From: a virus
Taxonomy: Duplodnaviria; Caudoviricetes
Virus record (IMG/VR): IMGVR_UViG_3300017911_001490
Coordinates: 1 to 64,000 of that record
Direction: 5' to 3' (one strand)
Length of the DNA stretch: 64,000 nucleotides
The number at the start of each line of letters is the position of its first letter. The stretch's first letter is position 1. The notes under the pieces are model-generated. The model saw nothing but the letters and a program-made list of their open reading frames with translations, searched no databases and was not told the DNA's origin. Positions 9,975 through 19,688 of the stretch are shown here, in pieces. The position numbers and the translations under genes are program-made.

Positions 9975-11030
9975 CTAAGAGCTATCGGAAGTTTCGTGCA
10001 AATAACCCTTCGTTGTCTCAACATTCGAATGACCTACCCATTTCGCAATCTTATCTAGGGATGAATCATAATCATCTGCTTTAATACGAGTGACAAATGA
10101 GTGCCGGAAGCTATGGAAACTCTTCCCCTCAATCTCAACTCGTTCCAGAAATCTCCTGAAGTAAACACTAAACCTTGATCTTTTTGTTGGGTCCTTGGCT
10201 AACTTAGCCCATTCAGGAAAACAATACTTCTTATCTTCTGCCTTTATGCATGACATCATTTCTCGTAACTTACCTCCACCGATCAATGGATTATCTAAAG
10301 GTAGTTGCACTCTCTTGTCCTGCTTCTCTGTCCAAACTGTTAAATATTTATCAGACCAAGAGTCCCACTCTAGGGTGGATATATCTATTATTCTTAGTCC
10401 AGTCCACCAACCAAGCATGATCGCCTGCTTCATGAAGTAAGGAGGATCGTAATCCATCATTGCCTTGTATTCCTGCTTGGTGAATGGTGACCTCTCCTTC
10501 TTTTCCTTTTGCTTGTGGGATAGCTTTGATAGATCAACCCTCACTCCATAGCAGGGGTCTTTGATTATATAACTATTAGCTAAACCAAATTGAAATAATG
10601 ATCGGAGGGCTGATAATCTTTGCTTCCTCGACTCTGCTTTCTCATCTCCCTTGCCGTTGACGAATTTAGAAACTTCTTTGCTAGTTACTTCTGATAACTT
10701 ATCAATTTTAAATTCCTCTCGAAACCTATTAAGTAAACCTGATTGTGTATAGATTGTGTTGCCTGATTTAGCCTTAATTTGAGAGAACTCGTACCACTCT
10801 CTTACGCAGTCCTGAAACGCAATATTACTATCTGCTACAATAGATGTGATCGCATCTCGTTGTAATGCACCGATCTTTGCGGCAATCTCAATTTCCTCAA
10901 TCTTTGCCTCTTTTACAATTCGCTTTGCTTCGGACAACTTTTTTGTATCAAGTGACTGAGTAACATACTTGGTGCGGGTCTTGTACCTGACCGAATAATT
11001 TCCAGTCTTATCGCTTTTGATTAATTTCAT
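9975..11030 (-). CDS. int: Tyrosine recombinase/integrase 1
   Basis: TGLRIID, FHSFRH, VGHS...TKGY catalytic motifs; N-terminal arm-binding-like domain. Confidence 0.92.
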   Translation of the reverse strand: MKLIKSDKTGNYSVRYKTRTKYVTQSLDTKKLSEAKRIVKEAKIEEIEIAAKIGALQRDAITSIVADSNIAFQDCVREWYEFSQIKAKSGNTIYTQSGLLNRFREEFKIDKLSEVTSKEVSKFVNGKGDEKAESRKQRLSALRSLFQFGLANSYIIKDPCYGVRVDLSKLSHKQKEKKERSPFTKQEYKAMMDYDPPYFMKQAIMLGWWTGLRIIDISTLEWDSWSDKYLTVWTEKQDKRVQLPLDNPLIGGGKLREMMSCIKAEDKKYCFPEWAKLAKDPTKRSRFSVYFRRFLERVEIEGKSFHSFRHSFVTRIKADDYDSSLDKIAKWVGHSNVETTKGYLHETSDSS

Positions 11031-11036
11031 CGTGCC

Positions 11037-11058
11037 GTAACATATCGTTTTGTGTTAC
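11037..11058 (-). promoter_or_regulatory. 22-bp phage regulatory palindrome, copy 2
   Basis: Minus strand GTAACAC-AAAACGAT-ATGTTAC, just upstream of the integrase 1 ATG. Confidence 0.7.
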
Positions 11059-11064
11059 AATCTG

Positions 11065-11928
11065 TCAAATAAATTGAAGCTGAACATTGTTATGGACGAT
11101 CTTATCGTGGAATCTGATGGATGATTTGACTCGCTCTTCGCTAGTACGCAAGCCGCCTTTCATCTTATCATCGAAGTCATAAGCGAATGAGTCAGCAGAG
11201 TAGATTCTATCCTTGATCCGTGAGTTCTTGAGACCCGTAGTCTTGAATCCAAACAGGTGAACCTTAGTCTTATTGTAATCAATTCCAGCACACGCTTCGA
11301 AGTTCATCCAAGGATGAGCGAAATATCCTCTGATCTGGTACTCAAGTGAATCTAATATCTCAACTACAATCTCAGGGTTCTTGTTGCGCTTGCATGTTGA
11401 TCCAATTCCGATCCAAGCAGGATTCCATCGCATCCTTCCACTACCCGCCATGAATGCAGACTTGTACATACAATAGTGATCCCAGTAGTCCTCGACCTCC
11501 CACCCTTGTAGAACGGGCATGACCGGAACTTGCAGGTGATACTTCCTAGCGAGATCCACAAGCTTGATGTACCTTTCGACTGTCTTTTGTTGATGTATGC
11601 GAACTGATGCTCGGTTGCCACTTTCATTGAGTTTTTTGATTACATCAGGTTCACACATATAGTCTTGGGTCACTATGCAGGCGAGTCTGCCATTGTATTG
11701 GAACTTGCAAGCCAACTTAATGTATTCCTCGGGAGACATAATAAAGTCCCCATATAGATTGATCTGACTAAACGCACCCGAATCCATCATCCATCTATTT
11801 ACAACCAAGGGGTCTTGCCTATACCTCAGTTGACCACGCTCATTACGAACCAAAGCATTAGCAGAGATCATTGCATTCCGTTTATTTGCTCTGGTTAATC
11901 TATCTGTACCTACGAAGTATTCCTTCAT
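11065..11928 (-). CDS. TGT/DpdA-like (queuine tRNA-ribosyltransferase-like) base-exchange enzyme
   Basis: MMDSGAF, PVLQGW, GIGSTCKR, VHLFG and SADS motifs typical of phage DpdA-like TIM-barrel transglycosylases. Confidence 0.7.
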   Translation of the reverse strand: MKEYFVGTDRLTRANKRNAMISANALVRNERGQLRYRQDPLVVNRWMMDSGAFSQINLYGDFIMSPEEYIKLACKFQYNGRLACIVTQDYMCEPDVIKKLNESGNRASVRIHQQKTVERYIKLVDLARKYHLQVPVMPVLQGWEVEDYWDHYCMYKSAFMAGSGRMRWNPAWIGIGSTCKRNKNPEIVVEILDSLEYQIRGYFAHPWMNFEACAGIDYNKTKVHLFGFKTTGLKNSRIKDRIYSADSFAYDFDDKMKGGLRTSEERVKSSIRFHDKIVHNNVQLQFI

Positions 11929-11929
11929 T

Positions 11930-12748
11930 TTACCTCCTAACTATTATGTCATAGTTGCCTATAACGGGTTTCATTTTGAAGTGTTGCAAACCACCAGGGC
12001 GAAAGTATGTGTAGTCTTGACCTACTATATACTTCTTCTCCCACTTCATGTAACCTGCCTCTGGGAACTTCATTCCCTCTGCGGATAACTTTTCAAGTAG
12101 GGCGATCATTTCATCCGTACCAATGGGTTCCTTCAATCGTGCCTGCCTTATGTCGTAGACAGTTTCATGCCCACCATGCCATTGATATTCAGCCATTCGT
12201 TTCGCATCCATTCGATCCTTAGCTTCGAGCTTCACTGAATCCACTACCTGCTTCCTACCTCTCTTACTCTTATCTACTAGATCGACTGTGTACTTCTTGG
12301 AATCTGGCTTTATCTCTCGTAGACCAAGGTAGACATGATCCATCATGCTCCCGCGAAACTTATAGGGAACACGGGGAAACGCATCATAGTATATACACCT
12401 CTCAATCGCTCGGCTCTGATGTAGGTCACGGATTCGTATGTCTATATGTTCCCATGTCTCAGGCTTCTTAGCTTTGTACATCTCCTCAGCCGACCACTTG
12501 GCACAGAAAACATGACTGAATGCGAATCCATTGTGAGTAGCGTATGCTTTCTCCTCATTGTCATCACTAATAGCATAAGGACGCAGGGCGGTGGGATGAC
12601 CACAATGATCTACCCGCCAACCCGTATACTTAGCCCGATCATACAGAAAGTAGGATGGCATATCTCCGTCTGTCTTTTCCCATCGAAGACCGGGGGCGAC
12701 ACACGACTCTTCATCTAACTGTAAACTGAGGTCTAGTTGGTTAGGCAT
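11930..12748 (-). CDS. Hypothetical protein
   Basis: Probable start MPNQLD at 12748 overlaps the helicase stop. Confidence 0.65.
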   Translation of the reverse strand: MPNQLDLSLQLDEESCVAPGLRWEKTDGDMPSYFLYDRAKYTGWRVDHCGHPTALRPYAISDDNEEKAYATHNGFAFSHVFCAKWSAEEMYKAKKPETWEHIDIRIRDLHQSRAIERCIYYDAFPRVPYKFRGSMMDHVYLGLREIKPDSKKYTVDLVDKSKRGRKQVVDSVKLEAKDRMDAKRMAEYQWHGGHETVYDIRQARLKEPIGTDEMIALLEKLSAEGMKFPEAGYMKWEKKYIVGQDYTYFRPGGLQHFKMKPVIGNYDIIVRR

Positions 12749-15389
12749 AGTCTTCCATTTCCTCGAGCAATTCATTGACTGCGTCCTTGTCATCATCGTT
12801 AATGCCAAGCTCCTCACCGCGCGTGATAGTCAATAGTCTGTCTTTCAGGTTAGACCAACCTGCCTCAACCTCCTGCTCGGTCTCCTCCGTATCCAGGTTT
12901 AAGTTGTCATACCCAAGAACATGCTCCGCAAGGATAGTATCCTTATCTACCGTCATGACATCTTTCTCCACACGCTCACCACGCAGGGCAATCGTTGCCG
13001 CATCCTCCTTCATGCCTAGCTTGTCGAACATCAAGTCCTCGACACTATTTTTGTGTAGCATGACATATACATTGATGTCCCTCTCGGAGTTAACACGATA
13101 CACACGACCCAATGCCTGATTGAACACACCATATGACCACTCGAGTGAACCGATGATTAGGTTACGACACTGAGCGAAGGACAAAGCCTGAGCGCACTTG
13201 ATCGACATGAGCAGAACCTTTGCCTTACCGACAATGAAGTCATTCGCTTCCTTTGCCTTATCCTCAATGTCACCATTGATTACGCATGTACTAATCTTCG
13301 CATCCGCAAGCCTTGCTTCCAACTCATCCAACTGATCCCTGCGGGCTGCAACCATAAGAACCTGTTCACCTTGACTGATGTGCTTGTATGCTGTCTCAAG
13401 CATAGCGGCAATCTTTGGAGTGTAGTTACTACTGGCAAAGACATTATGCTTTGCAGTCGCTGGGTTGGCACAGGCACTACGAAGGATATTCAGTTGAATA
13501 CCATACCTAAACTTAGGGTCTTTACATACAACATTACCTGGATCCATGTAGTGGGCATAGTTCTTGCGTTGCTGTTCGGTCATTGGAACCTGTACCTTCA
13601 TGACATTACACTTAGGGAGATTGGGGTTACATTGCTCCTTGCTGATGAACGCAACCTTACCACGCAGTATCTTGAGTAACTTCTCAGGCTGAGATATACG
13701 AGGAGAACGCTTCCTGCAACTAGGACCAATCCCACCATTGTCTGCATTCATGGCGGCTTGAGTTAGATCAATCTCCGCAGTCATGAACTCACCCTTGAAT
13801 CCATTCCTACCATCAATCTCACTTGTCCGATAGGGCCAAAAGGCATTGGACTTATCTCCGTGATACCAGTTAGGCACACTCAACCAACCCATTAGGGAGA
13901 AGATATTGAATACCATATTTGGTATTGGGGTAGCAGTCAGTGCAAACTTGTACTTGGGTTGCAAGCGAATGAAATTCTTACTGATCTGAGCGTCCAAGTT
14001 ACACACCGCATGTGCCTCGTCCATGATTACCATATCCCAAGTATCTAGTCCCATCTCGGTCGCTAGGCATGGCTTAGCAATACAACGGATACTGTGTGTC
14101 TCTCCTGTCTGTTGTCCCAGTCGCTGAACTTGCTTAAGTTCATCAGTGCCTACACCCTGGCAATAGTTGGTTGTGTCTCGATTACCAAGTGAGTCCTCAA
14201 GTGGTGGTAACTTATGACCAAGTCTCTTCATCTCCTCGCGGAACTTCTTCTCAGGATCAGGAGATGGTTCACCTTTCTTGCTGACATACCAAGACTTTGG
14301 CATGTGTTCAAACCCCGAGTAGAATAAGGCATGGTCGTATGTAATGAACACACCGTATGGTAACTGCCCACCATTCTCCATCTTCAGACTTATGTAATCC
14401 TCACGGGAGAATATCCTGTGGACAGGTACAGTTGGAGCAAACTTGGCAAACTCACGAATCCATTGTGCTTGCATCTCATTGTCCTTTGACTTGACCGTAC
14501 CCTTCGGGGCACAGATCAGAGTGCGACCGGGTTGCTTAAGCATGGTTAGTGCAATAGCGATGAGCGTCTTACCGCACCCCGTCTCGGCAGAGATGAGAGC
14601 AGAATCAGCACAGGATGCCTGAGCGATATACTTCATCTGACCAGGATAGAAACTAAACTTGCCTGCCGATTCCATGAACCGTAGCACAGACATTGCTTGA
14701 TCGAATTTATCCTTGTTCTCAGCGGCCAAGGTTGGGATCTCCGGTTTCTTGAAGTACTCCCATATCCTTTCTGCTGACATCTCGTTATTGAGCGTTGGAT
14801 GCTCACGGAATCGTAGTGTCTGTTTCTCGATTATCTTCTGCCCATTCCTCTTGGTTCGGGGAAACTCACGATCATCTTGGAACTCCAAGGCATAATCATG
14901 ACCGTCGAACTGCATCTCATGGACACGAGAGCCGAGTCCGTCAGCTTCTGAGTAGGTGTACTTGGTCTTAGTGAACGATTCCTTGTACTGCATCTTCTTA
15001 GATACAAACTCATACTTCTTTCCTGCTGTTAGTTCGAGACCACAGAAGTCATCATCCGCAGGGATGAATACATCCTTTATGCAGGTCAGTTGCTTGACCT
15101 CCTCCACATAACCGAACAACTCGTATTCAGTTGGTTCAGTAAGAGGTCGTGCAACCTTCGCACCTGATTCCAGTGCGATACTGATTCGTTCTCTTGCATC
15201 ATCGGTAATCAAACACTTTGGACTTTTGAAGAGACGCATTAGTCTCCTGTAGTCCGTCAATGATATGACAAGAGAGATTGGTGTTCTTCCCGCTACCAAC
15301 TGCAGATCCATCTGCAATTCATACGGGGCGGTATTTGGATATGTCCGAAGTCTACCGTCGGACGTTAGTTCCACATCATAGAGAGCCAT
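12741..15389 (-). CDS. SNF2-family (SF2) helicase/translocase with N-terminal extension
   Basis: AETGCGKT Walker A, IMDEAH Walker B, LTATP, QALGRVYR motif VI. Confidence 0.9.
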   Translation of the reverse strand: MALYDVELTSDGRLRTYPNTAPYELQMDLQLVAGRTPISLVISLTDYRRLMRLFKSPKCLITDDARERISIALESGAKVARPLTEPTEYELFGYVEEVKQLTCIKDVFIPADDDFCGLELTAGKKYEFVSKKMQYKESFTKTKYTYSEADGLGSRVHEMQFDGHDYALEFQDDREFPRTKRNGQKIIEKQTLRFREHPTLNNEMSAERIWEYFKKPEIPTLAAENKDKFDQAMSVLRFMESAGKFSFYPGQMKYIAQASCADSALISAETGCGKTLIAIALTMLKQPGRTLICAPKGTVKSKDNEMQAQWIREFAKFAPTVPVHRIFSREDYISLKMENGGQLPYGVFITYDHALFYSGFEHMPKSWYVSKKGEPSPDPEKKFREEMKRLGHKLPPLEDSLGNRDTTNYCQGVGTDELKQVQRLGQQTGETHSIRCIAKPCLATEMGLDTWDMVIMDEAHAVCNLDAQISKNFIRLQPKYKFALTATPIPNMVFNIFSLMGWLSVPNWYHGDKSNAFWPYRTSEIDGRNGFKGEFMTAEIDLTQAAMNADNGGIGPSCRKRSPRISQPEKLLKILRGKVAFISKEQCNPNLPKCNVMKVQVPMTEQQRKNYAHYMDPGNVVCKDPKFRYGIQLNILRSACANPATAKHNVFASSNYTPKIAAMLETAYKHISQGEQVLMVAARRDQLDELEARLADAKISTCVINGDIEDKAKEANDFIVGKAKVLLMSIKCAQALSFAQCRNLIIGSLEWSYGVFNQALGRVYRVNSERDINVYVMLHKNSVEDLMFDKLGMKEDAATIALRGERVEKDVMTVDKDTILAEHVLGYDNLNLDTEETEQEVEAGWSNLKDRLLTITRGEELGINDDDKDAVNELLEEMEDYA

Positions 15390-15539
15390 TTTTTAACTTT
15401 CACCTCAATAATTTGAGATTCTATTCCTTTCTTTTTTAGATATTTAACGATGTCTTTAGCTTCCTGTTTGCTAAAGGTGACCGTACCCTCGGTACGATCA
15501 TCGCATAAGCAATGACCGTCCGAGGATACAAGGTACCTA

Positions 15540-15929
15540 CTAACCATTTGTTTTCTTGAAGTACTTGATCGCGACTGCGTCACGGAGTTTGTACCTTCCC
15601 TTTCCTGCTTGATCTTCCACAATCCATGGAGCCTTGCGTGCCCTTGAGTTATATCCCCAGAGCTTCATCTCCTTGCCATCAATATTGATGACCCGATCGG
15701 TGTCCAACTCGTGGTAGCGTGCGTACATTTCGAGTGACTTCTGTTTTGGATCAAGTGCCCCATCAACACGCATCTCCAACTTGAAGCCGAACGAATCTTC
15801 TGAGTATGTACCGGAAGTTGGTACTGATTTTAGTCCGTACTTATCGAACAATGGTTGTAGTGTTTTTAGTATTTCTCGTTTTACAAGGTCTGCTGTAGGG
15901 CCAGACCATTCCTTTATTATTTGTGACAT
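15540..15929 (-). CDS. Hypothetical protein
   Basis: 129-aa ORF whose start overlaps palindrome copy 3. Confidence 0.65.
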   Translation of the reverse strand: MSQIIKEWSGPTADLVKREILKTLQPLFDKYGLKSVPTSGTYSEDSFGFKLEMRVDGALDPKQKSLEMYARYHELDTDRVINIDGKEMKLWGYNSRARKAPWIVEDQAGKGRYKLRDAVAIKYFKKTNG

Positions 15930-15944
15930 GATATTTCGTGTTAC
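15923..15944 (-). promoter_or_regulatory. 22-bp phage regulatory palindrome, copy 3
   Basis: Minus strand GTAACAC-GAAATATC-ATGTCAC, overlapping the ATG at 15929. Confidence 0.7.
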
Positions 15945-15947
15945 TTT

Positions 15948-16181
15948 CTATTGTTGATCGTTGATGTCGTCTTCCGACATATCGTATTCGTTACTGAGAT
16001 AATCGACGACGCTCTGCATCGTCTCTTCAGATTCTTTGATGGTTTCGAGACATCCGTCCCGATCCGCTTTAGCGTTGTGATACCTTTTGACATGATCTTC
16101 GATGTCGTCCTGTATCTGTTGTCTGCTTGGTTCAGGCGGGCTGTCCCAACCTGGGGGTTGTATGCTTAGTGGATGTGTCAT
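15948..16181 (-). CDS. Hypothetical protein
   Basis: Coupled co-directional ORF. Confidence 0.55.
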   Translation of the reverse strand: MTHPLSIQPPGWDSPPEPSRQQIQDDIEDHVKRYHNAKADRDGCLETIKESEETMQSVVDYLSNEYDMSEDDINDQQ

Positions 16182-16444
16182 TTTTGATTTGGTGATTTAA
16201 TTCCTCTTTCTTTGAATTTCTGTTGTAGAGCAGGTCTATATTCTACGGCGGTCTCATGTACTGGTAGGTTGTAGTCAGTTGATCTGATTACACGGGACAC
16301 ATTGGCAGACCATGTATCGTCCGCTTTACATAGAGCCTCGTATCTCCTATGTGCATCCGGCAGATGCTCGAATACTTCGTATTGATCGCGGAACCGATCA
16401 GGACTCAGCATCTTTACATAAGTGACCAAGAATGTGTTCTCCAT
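16178..16444 (-). CDS. Hypothetical protein
   Basis: Coupled co-directional ORF. Confidence 0.55.
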   Translation of the reverse strand: MENTFLVTYVKMLSPDRFRDQYEVFEHLPDAHRRYEALCKADDTWSANVSRVIRSTDYNLPVHETAVEYRPALQQKFKERGIKSPNQK

Positions 16445-16803
16445 TATATTCTCCTTCCATTTATTAGTGTTTGAGCCACCTTTCTTTTAGTTTTCTCTCT
16501 CCACTTCTTCACTCTTTCTTGTGACCTCTTGTTCTTTTCCTTTTTTTCCTGTTCGGTAAGTACGCCATTGTGCCACACTCTGACCATCTGATTTGAGTAG
16601 TTCGTTCCTCTTGGGGTGGTCTGTCGCAGAACAGGATGCACACCATGATTCCTCATATAATTCTGTAGCTTGACGCCTTCATCATACGAGAGATGTACAG
16701 AGTCACCCTTCTTCATTGCAGACAAGACCTCACTCCACCTGGAAGAATTATTACGCAAGGGAGGTATTGGTATTCCTCTTTCTATAATTACAGTGGTGTT
16801 CAT
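16444..16803 (-). CDS. Hypothetical protein, possibly DNA-binding
   Basis: IERGIPIP...MKKGDSV N-terminal pattern; basic C-terminus. Confidence 0.55.
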   Translation of the reverse strand: MNTTVIIERGIPIPPLRNNSSRWSEVLSAMKKGDSVHLSYDEGVKLQNYMRNHGVHPVLRQTTPRGTNYSNQMVRVWHNGVLTEQEKKEKNKRSQERVKKWREKTKRKVAQTLINGRRI

Positions 16804-17426
16804 TTACTGAATGCTATGCACGCAGGTAGTATGCGTTCCAGTTGCCTGTCCTGTTCAATGGTTAGCTTGGTGCGATCCTTATGGAAGTCTGTCTTTGGCT
16901 TATTGCCGAATTTCCAGACAGCCACATCTGTACCACATACCTCATTGATCTGCTCGAGGAGTCCATCCACCTCATCTTGCTTGTCAGCAGGGACGAGAGA
17001 GAAGTCCACGACACAGGATGTTGTCTCCGTGACTGAGTTCTTGACAAATGCTTCACCTGTTATGGCAACGATCCGTTCCCTGGTCTTGTCGTCGAACTCA
17101 CCATATCCTCCCTCCTTGACCTGCACGGACATTTGATGAGGCACACCATAAGTCTGACCCTTGAAGCGAAACATCTTTGGTCTGTCTGCCGCTCGGTTAT
17201 TGAGTACCATTTCCCGAACAACACGATGAATTACTCGGGACTTATCAATGAGTTCCTTACCTTCAGCCGCTTTCAGTTTGCCCATGTAGTTATCATTGAG
17301 GGCTTGTTGTATTGTTGTGTCAGAAGAACTGCTGGCATCAATAACTGTTACCCTGTCCCCTGACGATGTTTTTGGTGGAGGAGCAGATTGAGCCTGCTTC
17401 TTCCTTCTTTCTTCTAAACGAGACAT
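16800..17426 (-). CDS. Hypothetical protein downstream of PRTRC ThiF
   Basis: 208-aa ORF 4 nt after the ThiF stop. Confidence 0.65.
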   Translation of the reverse strand: MSRLEERRKKQAQSAPPPKTSSGDRVTVIDASSSSDTTIQQALNDNYMGKLKAAEGKELIDKSRVIHRVVREMVLNNRAADRPKMFRFKGQTYGVPHQMSVQVKEGGYGEFDDKTRERIVAITGEAFVKNSVTETTSCVVDFSLVPADKQDEVDGLLEQINEVCGTDVAVWKFGNKPKTDFHKDRTKLTIEQDRQLERILPACIAFSK

Positions 17427-17430
17427 ATTT

Positions 17431-18105
17431 CTATGTCCTTTCTATGTTTATGGGGTTACATATACCCTTTGATATATCAAAGAATACACCCCGTTTTGTT
17501 ATTTGTTTGAAGCGCGTCATCTCCCACACCATGTGGCATGCTTGAATAGCAACTTCATTGTTGATGAAAAGGTCTTGGCGAGCTAGGTGATCCGTGCAGG
17601 TAGGCACATCATCTTCCTCCTCCTCGCCATCCCATAACTGAGGGTTCTCCTCGTATGGGTTAGGTAGTTCACCCTTGAACTGACCAAGCAATACTTGACC
17701 TGATGTCCGAGCATTACCGCAATCCATAAGGTACGCACCCTCTCGATACCATGACTTGGCAATAGCTTTGCGTGATGCCTTGGTATCCACACAAGATATA
17801 ACAAGATCGAACTGACCCGATGAGGGTGCTTTAGACTCACGATGTGACCAATTCAGATGGAAGTAATCATTCACCCTCCTGGTCAACACCTTTGCCTTAT
17901 TCTGTCCGACATCACACGGGAAGAATGCCTGTCTACCCACATTGTAGTGGGATACTACATCAGGATCGAAGGCAGTAACATATATCTTACCATGGTTAAG
18001 TCTAACCAACTCGTTGTTTATCTTTGCTAAACCATTGATGACATGGCTACCTGTGCCACCACAACCATACACACCAATGTTTCTTATTGTTTTATTCCGT
18101 ATCAT
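17431..18105 (-). CDS. PRTRC-system ThiF-family protein (E1-like)
   Basis: GCGGTGS loop, DPDVVSHYNVGRQ, NKAKVL, SCVD...R, DCGN...GQV, PTC...RQDLFIN (catalytic-Cys region). Confidence 0.9.
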   Translation of the reverse strand: MIRNKTIRNIGVYGCGGTGSHVINGLAKINNELVRLNHGKIYVTAFDPDVVSHYNVGRQAFFPCDVGQNKAKVLTRRVNDYFHLNWSHRESKAPSSGQFDLVISCVDTKASRKAIAKSWYREGAYLMDCGNARTSGQVLLGQFKGELPNPYEENPQLWDGEEEEDDVPTCTDHLARQDLFINNEVAIQACHMVWEMTRFKQITKRGVFFDISKGICNPINIERT

Positions 18106-18700
18106 CTAGCACCTCCCTTAGTGTTATTTCTGTTTGTTTTAGTCGGTTACGAGGAGTTGGCATATAGTTGAATGCTGACATATAGAATGCCTCTTCATAC
18201 TCTAACCAACCCTTGCGCTTGGGGCAGTAGGTGACATCAAGGTCAGGCAATGCTGTCCTGACACCACAATGTCCCATCAGTCCATTAGCTGAGTGAACAT
18301 CAGTCCCCCTGTATGGATAGTCATACACTTTACTGTCCTCTTCGGGTAGGAAGTTAGGATCATTCCTGTTCACCACCACCACATGAAGGTTCTGCTTGCG
18401 GAGAATAAACACCAAACCCGGATGCGAGTACATGCGTCTATCTGCGCGTGATAGTATGATCTTCCTTCTGCATGGCTTCTTGTACCATATAATGCACTGA
18501 TTCTTCTGATACCATAGGACATTAGGTAGAACTACTGGTTGAATCATTCGCCCATTGTTAGTAATAGCATCAAAGCAGGCAGGCGTGAGTGTCCGTGGGT
18601 TCACCCAATCTCCATCTGTGTTCTTGTCATAGGCAACGGCAAAGGTTTCCCTGTCGTCACCATAGATCATTATACTGTGTTTAGCTTCAATCGTTTGCAT
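18092..18700 (-). CDS. PRTRC-system protein B (prokaryotic E2-like)
   Basis: Position directly before ThiF; PNVLW...IIWYKKPCRR...HPGLVF...YP...G..C...F..SAF pattern. Confidence 0.7.
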   Translation of the reverse strand: MQTIEAKHSIMIYGDDRETFAVAYDKNTDGDWVNPRTLTPACFDAITNNGRMIQPVVLPNVLWYQKNQCIIWYKKPCRRKIILSRADRRMYSHPGLVFILRKQNLHVVVVNRNDPNFLPEEDSKVYDYPYRGTDVHSANGLMGHCGVRTALPDLDVTYCPKRKGWLEYEEAFYMSAFNYMPTPRNRLKQTEITLREVLDDTE

Positions 18701-19679
18701 AAGATATATATTTTAGTAGGTCATAGAATGGACGGAACAGATAGATAACATGCTCCTGTGCCTCTCTAGTGTGTAGTGCGTAGCACAAGCTAGTGACTTG
18801 CGCTCCTGTTTGTGTGTAATGAGCAGTCATATCCTCAGTGAGCATCCAAGATGGATCCCTTGGTCCACCCTGATCCGGTGGCCCCGATGTTAACTCCTCC
18901 CTTCGTATCCTCTCATGATCGGGACCATAGTCAGACATATGATGCAGGAACCTGGGGGCGTATCTGCCATACCATGGCTCCAAGCCATACCAAGTACATA
19001 TCAACGCAGGGAATAAAAAGAATTCTTCATTAGATATATCAATAAACTCATACTGCTTGAGTTCATCAATGGCATCCTCGCATTCCCGTATCAGTCTGCA
19101 TAGAATAGGTAATTCTGTTGGCTGGGTATGATTATCCTCCGCATTCGCCTTCACCCATTCCGGGCAGAACCCATAGTTGTGACCCTTCTTCTTCTTCCTC
19201 TCTACCTCGTTGTAGTCCACCCGTGGATTAGCATCAATGCAATCTTCGGTGAGGAACTCAATAGACCCATGAGCTTCCCAGTTGATAAGATCGGGAGTCA
19301 GTATATGTATCGGAGAGTGGGATAGTAAGTGTATCAAGTAATTGCCTATACTATACCTCTTGTGCAACATACTGAGGCGTGGTCCGACTGCATATCGTTG
19401 AACATCCTCGGGCTGATTGATGATTGGAATGAGCATGTCGTTCCACGGGTAGATATGTATCTCGTGCTTGAGGTCAGATATACTATGCAGTAGATCAGTG
19501 AGATAATCATCCTTACATTCATCTTGGTATGTCTTATATACTTTTCCTGTTCTTGTTATGTATTGAGGTAAGCTATGTGGTGTCTCTAAAAAAGGGGAGG
19601 CACGGTATGCGAGGGGAGTTCCCCCCGCATCCGAACATCCGTGATTGCTTGTTTTAGTTGGAACGAGTATCTCGACCAT
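18687..19679 (-). CDS. Probable PRTRC-system protein F
   Basis: Position between C and B and size (330 aa); sequence motifs not confirmed. Confidence 0.5.
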   Translation of the reverse strand: MVEILVPTKTSNHGCSDAGGTPLAYRASPFLETPHSLPQYITRTGKVYKTYQDECKDDYLTDLLHSISDLKHEIHIYPWNDMLIPIINQPEDVQRYAVGPRLSMLHKRYSIGNYLIHLLSHSPIHILTPDLINWEAHGSIEFLTEDCIDANPRVDYNEVERKKKKGHNYGFCPEWVKANAEDNHTQPTELPILCRLIRECEDAIDELKQYEFIDISNEEFFLFPALICTWYGLEPWYGRYAPRFLHHMSDYGPDHERIRREELTSGPPDQGGPRDPSWMLTEDMTAHYTQTGAQVTSLCYALHTREAQEHVIYLFRPFYDLLKYISYAND

Positions 19680-19688
19680 TGTCCGTAG

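Noticed and set aside
9797-10084. Plus-strand ORF overlapping the 3' end of integrase 1
   Set aside because: It overlaps int1 antisense by about 110 nt and has no recognisable motif; it could be real in part but cannot be supported
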